Assembly (NCBI GenBank): GCA_043228905.1
Contig: JBHGNT010000008.1
Coordinates: forward strand, 4,650,001-4,714,000
Direction: 5' to 3'
DNA from: Azolla caroliniana
Lineage: Eukaryota; Plantae; Polypodiophyta
DNA: 64,000 nt
Below the pieces are notes generated by a model. That model had not been told where the DNA came from, ran no database searches, and saw only the letters and a list, made by a program, of their open reading frames with translations. Numbering within the stretch: the stretch's first letter is position 1; the number at the start of each line of letters is the position of its first letter. The translations under genes were made by a program, and so were the position numbers. Shown here one piece after another: positions 21,944 through 34,068 of this stretch.

Positions 21944-23971
21944 ATGGAGAATCAACAAGAGGCAATGAGCATAACGATGATGATGATGTTCGAGCGGATG
22001 CTACAAGAACAACGAGCGATGTCGGAGATCACGGGGGCAGTAAAGCGGCTCGTACAACGAAATGGACAATTCAACGGAAATGATGTGTCACGCTATCTAC
22101 GTGACTACAAGGCAGAGATGATGCGATGTGGGATACCGGAAGAATTGCAAGTGATATCCTTTAGTCGGGTAGCCACGGATGAGCTACAAGAGAGAATCCA
22201 CAAGATACGGCAACAAAACTCGACATGGGGGTCATTCGAAGAAGCTTTACGAGAGGCATATGATTACAAGAGATCGAAGGGAAAAGATCGGCGAGAATTC
22301 GACGAATGGGTGGCATCGGAGAAGACCCACCGAAGTGCAACACAAACATTCCTAGAGTTCGAGCATCGTTTTGCTCGACTCTCGGAGCGGGAACAACGGT
22401 TGGTGGGGGAGGATAAAGTCCTAATGTTCGTAAAATCGATCGATCGAAAAGAAAGGATGGACATCGGGATCGAACTCGAAGACGATGACGGTGCGAACGG
22501 TCTTACCGAGGATTGGGCCAAAGTCGAAAGGGTATGCCGGAGACATGATGAGAGGAAGATGAGAATCTTGTCAACGACATGGCCGATGAAGGATGGTCGA
22601 TTGAAGACAAACGATGGAGCCAATATGAAGGCCGAAATACAACATGATGGTCCGACGGAAGAGGGTGTAAAACAAGCTACCCTCTTGTCTTGCGAAAGAA
22701 CAACGACAAAGGATAAGGCCGATAACCCAAGTGTAGAAGAAGATTTCAGAATACAAGTGTCCGAAACATCGGGTGAAAAAGGGGTAAGCATAATTGATGT
22801 TTGCATAATTGATGCAGTGAAAGAGAGAAAGGAGGACTTGATTGAGGAGGTCGCCACGAAAGATGACATCGAATCGAAGGTGGCTATGGACGAATCAACG
22901 ACGGATGGCCATATCGAGACTTCCCCACCACTGATTCTAGAGACTCCGGCGGTTGCGTTCGAAAGGCAACGTGAGACCGAAGAGACGGAAGGTGGCGGAG
23001 AGAAAACAAAGGTCGAAGTCGATGCATACGACGGAGAGATAGCCGAGAATATGGCTATGGGTGAAACAATGGAGGATGATAATACCGAGGATTCCTACCC
23101 ACTAATCCTAGAGACTTCGGCGGTTGTGTCTGAGAAGCAACGTGAGACCGGAGAGACGGGAGGTGGCGGCAAGAAAGGTAAAGTCGGAAGCCAGTTAGGA
23201 TGGAAGGTGATATGGACGGGATTCCGACCCGAAAGAAAACCGAACCGGGCGAATGAGGATTCGACGGAAAGTCGACCCGAAAGAAAGTTGAACCGGGCGA
23301 ATGAGGATTCGGCCGAAAGACGACCCGAAAGAAAGCCGACCCGAAAAGGGGTCGACTCGGTCAAAACCGATCGACCGAGTCTGACTTGGCCGAACGCGAA
23401 TATGGATGGAAGCCGACCTAGCCGAAAGCCGATCGGACGAGACCGATCCGGAAAGAAGCTAATCCGACTCAACTGGAGGTTGGACCGGTCGAGGCTGGTG
23501 AAAACGAGGAAAAGAAAGCCAACCGAAACCGAAACCGATAGATCGAAACCGGGCCGGAAGGAGACCAACTCAATCGAAACCGAACAACCGATTCCGATTC
23601 GGCCGAATACGAATCCGATTGGAAGCCGATCAAACCGAAAGTCGATCGGACGAGAGCGATCCGGAAAAAAGTCAAGGTTGATGAAGACAAGAAAGAGGCC
23701 AGTAAAAGACACTACCACGAATGACAAGGGCCAAGAATATGACGAGAGAGAACAAAGAATATGGTGGATCGGATGGCGACAATGGTTCGGGTGGAAAGAA
23801 TGGGTCTACTCAAAATGGAGAGACAAAGTGGACATAGCGGGACAAACGGAGGATGAAGGGGAGACAACGAGCATTGGCAACTTCGGCACATACCGGAGGA
23901 TGTGCGGGTTCGGAGGGGGCGAGTGTTGTAGTGTATTTCGTACACTACGTGAAAAAGTAAAAATAATATAA
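21944..23971 (+). CDS. Gag-like protein (675 aa from first ATG) with long acidic then basic repetitive C-terminus
   Basis: FNGNDVSRYLRDYKAEMMRCGIPEE..FSRVA aligns with host-element gag FNGKDATKYLASYGAEMLMRDIPEE..FPRVA. The frame stays open into the 3' LTR. Confidence 0.8.
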   Translation: MENQQEAMSITMMMMFERMLQEQRAMSEITGAVKRLVQRNGQFNGNDVSRYLRDYKAEMMRCGIPEELQVISFSRVATDELQERIHKIRQQNSTWGSFEEALREAYDYKRSKGKDRREFDEWVASEKTHRSATQTFLEFEHRFARLSEREQRLVGEDKVLMFVKSIDRKERMDIGIELEDDDGANGLTEDWAKVERVCRRHDERKMRILSTTWPMKDGRLKTNDGANMKAEIQHDGPTEEGVKQATLLSCERTTTKDKADNPSVEEDFRIQVSETSGEKGVSIIDVCIIDAVKERKEDLIEEVATKDDIESKVAMDESTTDGHIETSPPLILETPAVAFERQRETEETEGGGEKTKVEVDAYDGEIAENMAMGETMEDDNTEDSYPLILETSAVVSEKQRETGETGGGGKKGKVGSQLGWKVIWTGFRPERKPNRANEDSTESRPERKLNRANEDSAERRPERKPTRKGVDSVKTDRPSLTWPNANMDGSRPSRKPIGRDRSGKKLIRLNWRLDRSRLVKTRKRKPTETETDRSKPGRKETNSIETEQPIPIRPNTNPIGSRSNRKSIGRERSGKKSRLMKTRKRPVKDTTTNDKGQEYDEREQRIWWIGWRQWFGWKEWVYSKWRDKVDIAGQTEDEGETTSIGNFGTYRRMCGFGGGECCSVFRTLREKVKII

Positions 23972-24652
23972 ATGATTTAATTACATATAAATAAATAAAA
24001 TAAGAATATCAAGATATTTATCACGTGCATAGGGCAGGATTCGAACCCTGTACCTCCACGTAGCCAAACCTCAACTTTACCATTATGCTACCTTATCTTT
24101 AGTGTTTTATAAATAGATTTAATAACTATAAGTGCTTTATTTGCGCCTACCTTTATTAAATGGTAAATCATGTATATTTAGAGTGCGTGAATATTTTATA
24201 GAAAAACGCAAGCAACTAAAAAGTGACTCATGCACATCTAGCGTGCATGAGCACTATATTTAGCAAATAAAAGCAAGGATTAGAAAAGCATCACATGCAC
24301 ATTTAGTGTGCATGAACATATTAGAAAAAAAGCATGTAGCTATGCTTAGTCTCTCCCATCACTATATAAGGATGGGGAGCACATTGTAGTTTTTGTTGAT
24401 TATTTTTCTATAATGATCAATCAATCTAAAATATTCGTGGGATTCACGAATTTGCTAAAAATAATTCTCTCTTACTACCTAAATATTGACTAAATATACT
24501 AAACTCGTGGGATTCACGAGATTCTTATCTTATAACTCTTTATACCTATTCTTTACTAGCCTTATTTGTATTTTTCTTTCTCCTAGTCCAAAACCTCGGC
24601 GGTTCCCACCCGACTCACGCAAACGATCCGGAGCCGAAAGGCACGACACCGG

Positions 24653-26814
24653 TATCGTCCGGTCTTCGTTAAGGTCTTCTCCGGCTACCTTCCTCAGCAT
24701 TCCCAAGGTGTCGTCGAAGGAGACCTCCTCCACGGCTCCGCTGATTTCCTCGTCCGGGCCGAGAACTCCGCACGCTCGAAGTCGCACTTCCGCCCTTGTC
24801 TTTTCTCGGCCGACGATGCCGACTATCATACACCCTCCGTTGTTGGAGAAGCAAAATTTCCTACCCATCGTACAGTCGTGGGGTCTTTCCCAAGTGTCCG
24901 GGCTGTCTCGGCCCCACGCCTTGGCAACCCTCTCAAAAAATCCTCCCGGCTCTCGCCACCGAGGGATTCGCGGTTTCTCTCGTGGTTTGGCCGCACCGTC
25001 AGAAATTGCACCGAATGGCGCCCGTCCTGGCTTTTGACCCTCGCGTAGGCCGAACCGTTGTCCAACACCTTGGTCTCCATTCTCGCCGCCGTGATGTATG
25101 GTTCCCCTAATATGACCGGATGCGAGGACGTCTCCTGTACGAAGAAGTGTTGGTCAATCTCGACGTTGCCGATCTTTACTCGCACATTCGGGCAGGCCCC
25201 GTGCAGTTCCTCGGTGGCGCGCGTCGCCGCCCGTATCTTCCACCCGTGCCTTGTGTTGATCGGCCACTTTCCCTTCTTATAGAAGTCCATGGACATTAGG
25301 TTTATTTCCGAACCGTGGTCCACCAACGCCACCACCGGTTCCTGAACATCTCCGATCTTTACCGGGGTCTCCGTGGTCGCTCGGGCCCAGTGTGGCCTCG
25401 AATAGTGGCTCTCCGCCCACTCATCTTCCAGCGCCGAGTCGTCGATGTGCGTCGTCCGCACCTCCACCGGTCTTTCCGGTTCCGTCTCCGTCGACAGTCG
25501 CTTCCGTTTCACCAAGTCTACAATGGAGTCGTGGAACTCCTTCTTGGCGATCCCTAGCACCTCCCGCAATGACAACCCCACTTTGTTGTCGAGGATCCGT
25601 TCTTCTAGGACCTTTCGTAGGTCCGTAGTCCTTTCTATTTCCGTCCCCAGTCGGTACCCGCCCTTCCTGGGGTTATCTCGCGAGCCGGACCCACCGGCAT
25701 CGTTCCGTCGTTGCCCGAATCGGGTCTCCTACCGTTGTGAGGGCCCGGCCGCTCCGGCTTTCCCCACTCGTTTTTCTTCTACTAGAGCCTCGTAGTTCCG
25801 GCAGGCGGCTTCTACGAAGCCCGTCTTCTCCTCGACCGGATCGCTCCACCCGGTTATTTCCCGGACCCGTCTCTCAGCGCGGTCCGTTTCATCTTTCCTC
25901 AGCCGTGCGCCGGCGAGGCCTTCCAGCATTGTCGACCAGAAACCGTCTTTGCTCTCCTTTCGGGCCTCGCTGCCCCCGACCCGAATACCGGCCGACGCCG
26001 AGTAGTGGATGGCCTCCACGTGTCGGGCCGCTGCCTCTTCCATCAGTCTCTTCATACCTCCTCGCCCATCGTTTCGGTTCAGGGCCCTCCTGGTGTCGCC
26101 AACGTGCACCCGGCCTTCCCACAGGTACACCACCCGGTTTCTCAACGCCTCTGCGAAATCGCCGCAGTCCTTCCGAATGTGGCCGACCTCGTCGCACCAC
26201 ATGCACCTGTTCCCCGCTGTCGGCCGTCGGTCACGAGCCGGTTCGCCGCCTTCCCTTCGAGTCTGGGCGATCTGGAGATCCTTTATCGCCCACGTCAACT
26301 CCTCCAGCGCTGCTCCTCCGGACGAGCCATTGACCATGCCGGTCGAAGCCGGACCGGTTTCGAGCCATTCCCGGGTTTCTTCCCTTCGCACTTGTGGTGC
26401 CGGTTCAAGCCTCCTTGCTGTGACAGAGCCCGCACCGGCCGCCCCGTTGTCAGCCCATTTCATGAAGTCTCGTTTCGAAAGCCGGAGCGCGTCGTCCAGC
26501 CCGTATTTTTCCAGGAGTCGGCCTTCAAACTCCTCCCAGGTACGGCTCTCCGCCCGCGCCTCGAGCACCTCCGCATGGATGCTCGGCATCGCCACTCGAG
26601 GAAACCCGGCAAGATGCTTCTCTTCCGGAATGTCCCGCATCAGCATTTCTGCCCCGTAGGACGCCAAATACTTCGTGGCATCCTTTCCGTTGAACCAGCC
26701 GATCGTACCAACGACCGCCTCAATGGCTCTGTCGAGGGCGCCGAAGCCCTCGCGTGCGCTCAATATCTGATCCACTGCCGAAGCCATGGCCTCCACATGA
26801 TCCGACCCTTTCAT
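24653..26814 (-). pseudogene. Ty3 gag (CCHC knuckle) and aspartic protease
   Basis: CMWCDEVGHIRKDC; ALVDHGSEINLM...VILGEPY; interrupted by a stop at 25729. Confidence 0.85.
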
Positions 26815-26837
26815 TTTCTGCTCTTCTGCCGCCTCCT

Positions 26838-26854
26838 TCACGTCGGGTTCACCA
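26838..26854 (-). other. tRNA-Trp primer-binding site of the Ty3 element
   Basis: Minus strand TGGTGAACCCGACGTGA, 4 nt after the 5' LTR; identical to the PBS of the gag-only element. Confidence 0.8.
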
Positions 26855-27758
26855 AAGATGTCGAGGTATTCCTCGCGGATGCGTGGAATGAGGCGGGACC
26901 TCGGGGATCTTGTACCGAAGAGCAAGAGAGAAGGGAGAAGAGACCCACTATGTGCGAGAGTAGATTCACAGGGACACGGCCCTTCGACACAAAGACGCGA
27001 GTGGGACAGCGACACAGAGAGACACGAATGTATGTATGTATTAACAAAGACAAACGACAAAACACGAGGTCGGTTACAACCGAACAAGCCGGCGAACAGA
27101 TGCCGATACCTGTTCGTAAACACACAGAAAGGAAGGAGTAGGTTGGAGGTGCTGCCGAAGCACTTGGGCATTCCTCAGAGCAGCGTAAGCCTCCCGAAAC
27201 CTGCACAGAAGGAAGCTATCCAGAGCTTGCGAACCAGAGAGAGAGAGAGAAGCCTTCGCACACAAACCGACAACACTTCGTCCTCGACTCTCCGCGATCC
27301 TATCCCCCTTCGCGTCTCCCTCCTTTTATAGGCAAGGAAGGAGCCATTTCCCCCTTTACTTCCTACCCACTAAATCTACCTGCCTAGGATCTTCCATGGA
27401 CAACATTCGAGAAGAGCCGGTTCCTACGCTCCTGTGCACCGATTCCGATTGTGGACGGTTTTCTTCACGACACTGTAGACACCCTGTGTTAGGCCATTGT
27501 CCGGCCCGAAGAGTTAACAGGCAGGCCTCAAAATCTCCTACAAACTCTCTTTGGCTTATCATCCACAAACCAATGGACAAGCAAAGTGCACAAATCAAAC
27601 GCTCGAGCAATATCTTCGATGCTTCATTAGTTATCAACAAGATGATTGGAGCAATATTCTACATCTTACTTAGTTTGCATACAATAACATGGTACACTCT
27701 TCTACCAAGGTTACACCTTTCTTTGCCTACACCGGTAACCATCCTCAATGGTGTATCT

Positions 27759-29262
27759 TGTTGAGAAATCGATGTGGAATAGATCACAATAAACGAACTA
27801 CGTGCTAAAATACGAATCACAGAAATGCCAGATAAACAAGACACACAACAGTGCACAGAGATTTACGTGGAAAGCCTAAAACGGGGAAAACCACGGGTGA
27901 ACAGATTTCTTCACTATACAAAGTGGATATACAACACCGAGAGGAATACAACACTCTGTCAAGTGTATCAGCCGCACAGGGCTCTTCGCGTTTGCTGTTA
28001 CACACACAGCTATGGCGCGGCTCACACTTCTCTCTCGCACGCTCCCTTGCATTTTACAACTTCTGCACTACTTCCACATGGTTAAAGTTTGCCCTAGTTG
28101 CATATATACTTACACAACTTTTCTGGCTATTTACATACCTAGCCCACGTGGGGTGCACATCTAGACTATTTACAATTATAGTCTCCCGAGTTGGCTACGT
28201 ACATGATTCTGGTTTCACTCATCAACTCGGCTCCTCTCTCTTTCCCATCTGGAGGGACTTGTTTCCCCACATCATCATCATTATTATTTCTATAATAATA
28301 ATAGTTGAATCTTCAAACAATCGACTCACTGTTTTCGACTCTTCAACTGTCGGCTTTCCGAACAGTCAGATCTTCCTTGTCATCGACTATCGGCTTTCTG
28401 ATCAGTCAGTTCTTCCTCCCACTAGAGGGACATATTCCCAACAAACTCCCCCTTCACTCCTGTGGGAGGAAATCTGTCAGTCCTGTATTTTGACGACAGA
28501 CTCTGAGTCTGTCCAAAGGTAGGTTCTTCGTCAGCATGTCGGATCCATTGTTGTCGGTATGGATCTTCACAAGGAAAAACTCTCCTTCTTCGACTCTCTC
28601 CCACAACCAGTGATACCTTCTCTGTATGTGCTTGGTCCGGGAGTGGTATGTCGCGTTCTTGGCTAGGTGTATGGCGCTTTGACTGTCACAATGAAGCAAG
28701 ACCTCCATTTGCTCCATGCCTAGTTCGGTGACAAAATTTCTCATCAAGATCAACTCTTTTTTGGCTTCTACAGCTGCCATATACTCTGCCTCTATAGTTG
28801 ACAAGGTTACAAACTTCTGCAGTCGTGATTGCCATAACACTGCTCCCCCTGCATAGGTCATCACGTACCCTGACGTGGATCGGCTCGAGTCGACGACTCC
28901 TGACATGTCCGAATCGGTACAACCTTCCAGCATAGGTTTTCCAACACCATACCTTAGGCACACCTCCAAGGTGCCTTTTAGGTACCTGAGTATCCACTTC
29001 ACTGCTGCCTAGTGCTCTATGCCTGGATTACTCATATGTCGGCTTACTGCTCCTACAACAAAAGCTATGTCTGGTCTCGTACAGACCATAGCATACATTA
29101 GGCTGCCGACGGCTGAGGCATATGGTACCTTCTTCATCTCAGCCTTCTCCCTCTGTCCCTTCGGACATTGCTTCGCATTTAGTCTGCAGTTTGTCGGCAA
29201 CACGGAGCCGACCAGCTTTGCATCTGACATGTTGAACCTCTCTAGGATCTTCGTCACATATC
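27759..29262 (-). mobile_element. Truncated Ty1/copia: RT end, RNase H, PPT and 3' LTR (27759-28443)
   Basis: YASAVGSLMYAMVCTRPDIA, TDSD, EAEY, CDSQSA, HSRTKHI; PPT AAGGGGGAGTT; LTR termini TGTTG..CAACA. The 5' part is deleted together with host sequence. Confidence 0.88.
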
Positions 29263-29544
29263 GATCGTTATTGTCTTACATCTCCTTTTAAGGTAGGTGA
29301 CCAACTATGGTTGCTTTGTCGTCACATCAAGACTACCCGACCATGTGAGAAGCTCAATTATTTGCGCTTAGGTCCTTTTCTCATCACTGCGTGTATTAAC
29401 GATGCCACCTTTCGTCTTAATCTTCCAGCACACATGCGGCTTCACCTAGTCTTTCATAGCTCTCTTTTGGAACCTTGTCGCACCTCTTCTATTCCTAATC
29501 GTGTCATGCCACCTCCGCCCTCTGTCCAACTTGTTGACGGCCTT

Positions 29545-29700
29545 GAATATGAGGTAGGCTATATTATTGTACGAAATAAGCTCTATTATCTGGTTGATTG
29601 GGTTGGCTATCCTCCAAGTGATCGCACTTGGGAACCCATCAATAATGTTTCTAATGCTCAAGCTCTTGTCTAATACTTCCATCATCGTTATCCAAACAAA
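29545..29700 (+). pseudogene. Integrase chromodomain remnant
   Basis: EYEV...YYLVDWVGYPPSDRTWEP...FHHRYPNK. Confidence 0.88.
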
Positions 29701-30184
29701 CTGGGCCCTACATTGTTAACAACGACTTCCACTCGTCGTTCTCGAAGGGAAGATAGTGTCATGAATACATAAGCATCATGGATTCACTTGGGCTTGAACC
29801 CAAAACCTTGTAATACATAGTCAAGAACCTAATCATTAGAATAGCATATGATTATATAAAATAATAAAAGCTACTTCTTGTAATAGATCAATTATTGTAA
29901 ATGTTCTGGAACATTCTAGAACATCTTAGAATATTCTAGGTCTAGAACATTCTAGAATATTCTAGAAATCACTAGGCTATTCTATAGGAACCTATTGTTG
30001 AGATCTAGATATGAGATATCTTCTAAAAATAAGTCTTATTGAACGGTGGGGGTAAGCCCCCTTTATATAAGATGAAGCATGCGAGCATGTTTATCGTATA
30101 ATAATAAATGATACATATCATTATTATAAGTTCTATAATATATAAAGGAAAGATACAAGGTTCAAATCCCAATGTGCTTGATCC

Positions 30185-33100
30185 TCAACACTCCCTCTCA
30201 AGCACATTAAGATCATAAAGACCAAGTTTTCTTCTAAACTTGAAAAACTTCTCTTTTGGTAATGGCTTGGTGAAGATATTAGCAACTTGATCCTCTGTTT
30301 TGATATGTCTCAAATCAATGAGGCCTTCGACTATCTTTTCACGAACGAAATGATAATGAACCTCAATATGTTTTGTACGAGCATGAAAAATAGGATTCTT
30401 TGCTAACAAGATTACACTTATGTTATTACAATAGATAACTAATTGTCTTTGTATTTTGACTCCAAGATCCTTTAATAACATCTCTAACCATGTAGCTTCA
30501 CATGTAGCTTGGGTTGTAACTCTATACTTTGCTTCTGCAGTGCTCAATGCAACAGTTGGTTGTTTCTTTGACAACCATGACACAACTCCACTACCAAGTG
30601 AACAACCTTATCCAATCGTACTTCTTCTTGTCTCTTTATCTCCAGCCCAATCTGTGTCACAAAAGAAACTAGGAGACACCTTATCATTAGAATACAAAAG
30701 ACCATATTCTAATGTTCCTTTTATGTATCTTAGAATTCTTTTTACTATCACCATGTGCGATTTCATAGGCTCTTGCATATATCTACTGACAATACCAACT
30801 GAAAATGCAATATCTGGTCTTGTTATTGTCAAGTAGATAAGCTTTCCAACTATCTGTTGATACATCTTGACATTTGTAAGAGCATCATTTTTAGTAGCAT
30901 CTAACGTCATTCTTTCTTGCATTGGTGTTTGCATTGGCTTACAATCATACATACTAAATTCTTTTAGCATATCAACCATATACTTTTTCTGAGAAAGCAT
31001 CCAACCATTAATACATTTAATCACTTCAATGCCCAAGAAGTATTTAAGCTCTCCTAAATCCTTCATCTCAAACTCATTTGACATATTATGTTTTATTTTT
31101 TGTACAAGTTCATCATTATCACCTGTTATAATTAGATCATCTACGTATAAAACAATAATGATTTTACCATTTGTACCATCATTCATAAAAATTGATGCGT
31201 TTGCACAACTTTGCTTGAAATTCATACTTTTCAAGTAGTTTCCCAACCTTTCAAACCATATTCTTGGTGATTGTTTTAGTCCGTATAAGCCCCTCTTCAA
31301 TTTGCACACATAATCAGGGATAACATTATCCTTAAAACCATGTGGTTGTTCCATGAGCACTTCTTCCTTCAAAATACCATTCAAAAAAACATTTTTTACA
31401 TCCATCTGATATAAATTCCATTTTAGAGATGCTGCTAAAGAGATAACAACCCTAATAGAGGTCATTTTAGCTATTGGTGAAAATGTTTCTTCATAATCTA
31501 GACCATATGTTTGAGAATAACCTTTAGCCACTAATCTTGCTTTACATCTATTCAAAGTACCATCAGAATTGAACTTAGACTTATATATCCACTTACAACC
31601 AATTACCTTTTTATCATTCGGTCTAGGCACTAGCTCCCGTGTATCATTCTTGTATAATGCATCAATTTCTTCTTGCATAGCACACTTCCATTCTTTATTC
31701 TTATATGCATCTTCAAAACAATTAGGCTCAATAAAATCATTAACTTTTGCCATAAAGAGATAATGTTGTGCAATGCAACTATCATATATTAACCTCTAAA
31801 CAAGTTTTCTTATTCTACTAGATCTTCTTAATTGTGAAGTTGTCCCACAATTTATGTCAACTTCTTCAACGTAATCATCTATTTTCTCATTCTCGGTATC
31901 AACATCATTTTCATGATCCATGCTACTTAGCTTACTTGACAAAGGCATTTGCACATCACATTCTAATGTTTTCCTATTTTGCATTTCATCACATTTTACA
32001 CTCTTTGAGATGTAAAACTTCTCATCATCTATATCAAAACATCTATATCCATTTTTTATGACATCAGTACCTAGGAAAATACACTTTATAGCCTTTTCAT
32101 CAAGCTTCTTCCTTACTTGACTAGGAACATATACATAGCAAATACATCCAAAAACTTTTAATGTATCAACTCGAGGCTTTTTTATTATAAAACAATTCAT
32201 AAGGAGTATTATTACCAATTATGGTTGTTGGCATTCTATTTGTCAAAGTCACTGCATAGTGACAAGCATTAGCCCAAAACCTTTTTGACAAATTTACTTC
32301 AAATAGCATAGCTCTAGTTGTCTCTAGTATATGTCTATTTTTCCTTTCTGCAACTCCATTCAGTTGAGGAGTGTATCTAGGTATGACTTGCCTTATAATA
32401 CCATTTTCTATTAAGAACTTATCAAATTCATTTGACATATACTCAGTTCCTCCATCACTTCGAAGCATTTTTATTTTTCTATTACATTGATTTTTAACCA
32501 TTTGCTTGAATTCAATGAACTTTGTAAAAATGTCACTTTTCTTTTTTACAAAGTATATCCACACCATTCTAGAATAATCATCAATGAATGTTACAAAATA
32601 CCTTGATCCTCCAATGCTTGCTACTTGTGAAGGACCCCAAACATCCGTATGAACCAACTCTAATGGGTGCTTGAAAGTTGGATTCCTCATCGGCATTTCC
32701 GTCCTTGTGAACTTTGCTTTACAACACGGCTCACAAAATGGTAGAAGAAAATCTCTATTAAACTTTGGCAATCCATGAACCAAATCATTATTACTCATAT
32801 TTAACAATCTTTTTGCACTCACATGTCCCAATCTTTTATGCCACAACTCAAACTCATTTTTTTTCATTTGCAATCATGCATTTCTTTTCTGTGTCATTCA
32901 ATATGAACATTTGTCCTACTTTTCTTCCGGTTACAAGCACTTCTCCCGTGTTTAAACTTGTTATTGTACATCCATACTTATTAAACAATACATCCATATC
33001 TTTCTCAACTAGTTGACCAATAGAAATTAAATTCTTTTTAACACTAGGTGCGTACCACACATCTTTTAGCTTTTTGGACATGTCATTCGACAAATGCAAT

Positions 33101-34068
33101 TGAACATCTCCACAACTTTTTACATCATAACATGTATCATCACCCATACAAATTTCAATTGGAGTGGACAAACCCTTTGTTGCGTCAAACAAACCACAAT
33201 CTCCAGTCATGTGATTTGAACAACCAAAATCAAGATACCAAGCATTATTTGCATTCTTACCAATTGTAACTGCAAGTGCATTTTTATCACATGTATTCTC
33301 ATCATGTTCATCTACTTGAGTAATACTACTAGATACATAATTACTTTCACTATATTTTCCATTATTTATATCACTTTGTCGAATCCAACAGTCTTGCACA
33401 TGATGCCCAATCTTATTACAATAAAAACACTTAATACTTGAGGCTGAATAACCATGAAAATTACCTTGATTATTCTGAAATTTTCGTCCTCTTTGCATTC
33501 TCCCTCTCCCTCTATTATTATTGTTATTGTAGTTCTCACCTTCTTATTTATTTTCATTGTAAATTTATTCATTTTGCCATATTCCACGAGCTTGATTTCT
33601 TCCTCATTGCCACCTTCCTCCTCTTCCTCTTAAAGATTTTCCTTTATTAGCATAGAAAGATGGTTTTTCACTCCAATCCTTACCACTCTTTGATGAACTC
33701 GTAATTTGTTCTTCTTGTAGCAGCTTCGGAAACAACTCATCAAATGATGGTATTCTAGCAACATAAATGGATGTTTTAAATATATTAAAGTTTGATGGCA
33801 ATCCTTTCAAACATACACACACAATATCATCATCATCCACAATACAATCTATCAATGCCAAATCATGCACAATTTTCCTAATTTTTCCAACATAATCCAT
33901 GATTGTCATGTTTCTATCCATTTTAACATTTTGTAATTGCTCTTTTAGTTGCATTTTTCTAGCCAAAGATACATTCGAAAAAATCTTTTCTTATGTTTTC
34001 CACATTTCCTTAGTAGTATTACAATGCTTTATATGTGGAATCAAAGATGATGAAAGAGTGTTTGAAAG
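30185..34068 (-). pseudogene. Copia gag-pol remnants
   Basis: CFYCNKIGHHVQDC; WYLDFGCSNHMTG; LWHKRLGH; HTDVWG; RSDGG; NGVAERKNR; KARLVAKG; YVDD; FHARTKHIEVHYHF. Several stops and frameshifts. Confidence 0.9.

Larger units (their letters stand above)
21181..24648 (+). mobile_element. Young non-autonomous gag-only LTR retrotransposon (TR-GAG-like), 4-bp TSD CCGG
   Basis: 725-bp LTRs at 21181-21905 and 23924-24648 (~3 differences seen). PBS 21910-21926, PPT 23912-23923. CCGG at 21177-21180 and 24649-24652. No pol motifs. Confidence 0.93.
12353..27472 (-). mobile_element. Non-chromovirus Ty3/gypsy LTR retrotransposon (GC-rich, tRNA-Trp primed, Phygy-like); degenerate pol
   Basis: 5' LTR 26859-27472; 3' LTR 12353-12420 plus 17385-17930; order gag-PR-RT-RH-INT; PPT 17931-17943; 4-bp TSD CCGT/CTGT (one transition). 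Confidence 0.92.
11960..27519 (+). mobile_element. Solo LTR (~436 bp: 11960-12352 plus 27477-27519) split by a nested Ty3 element; TSD GGCAG
   Basis: TGTTA...TAACA termini. GGCAG at 11955-11959 and 27520-27524. Host integrase reads HLWA|GLKISYKLS across it. TATA-like CCTATTTAAAGG. Confidence 0.85.

Noticed and set aside
29900-29970. TTCTAGAACA short repeats as an independent array
   Set aside because: Ordinary U3 tandem motifs within the chromovirus LTR.
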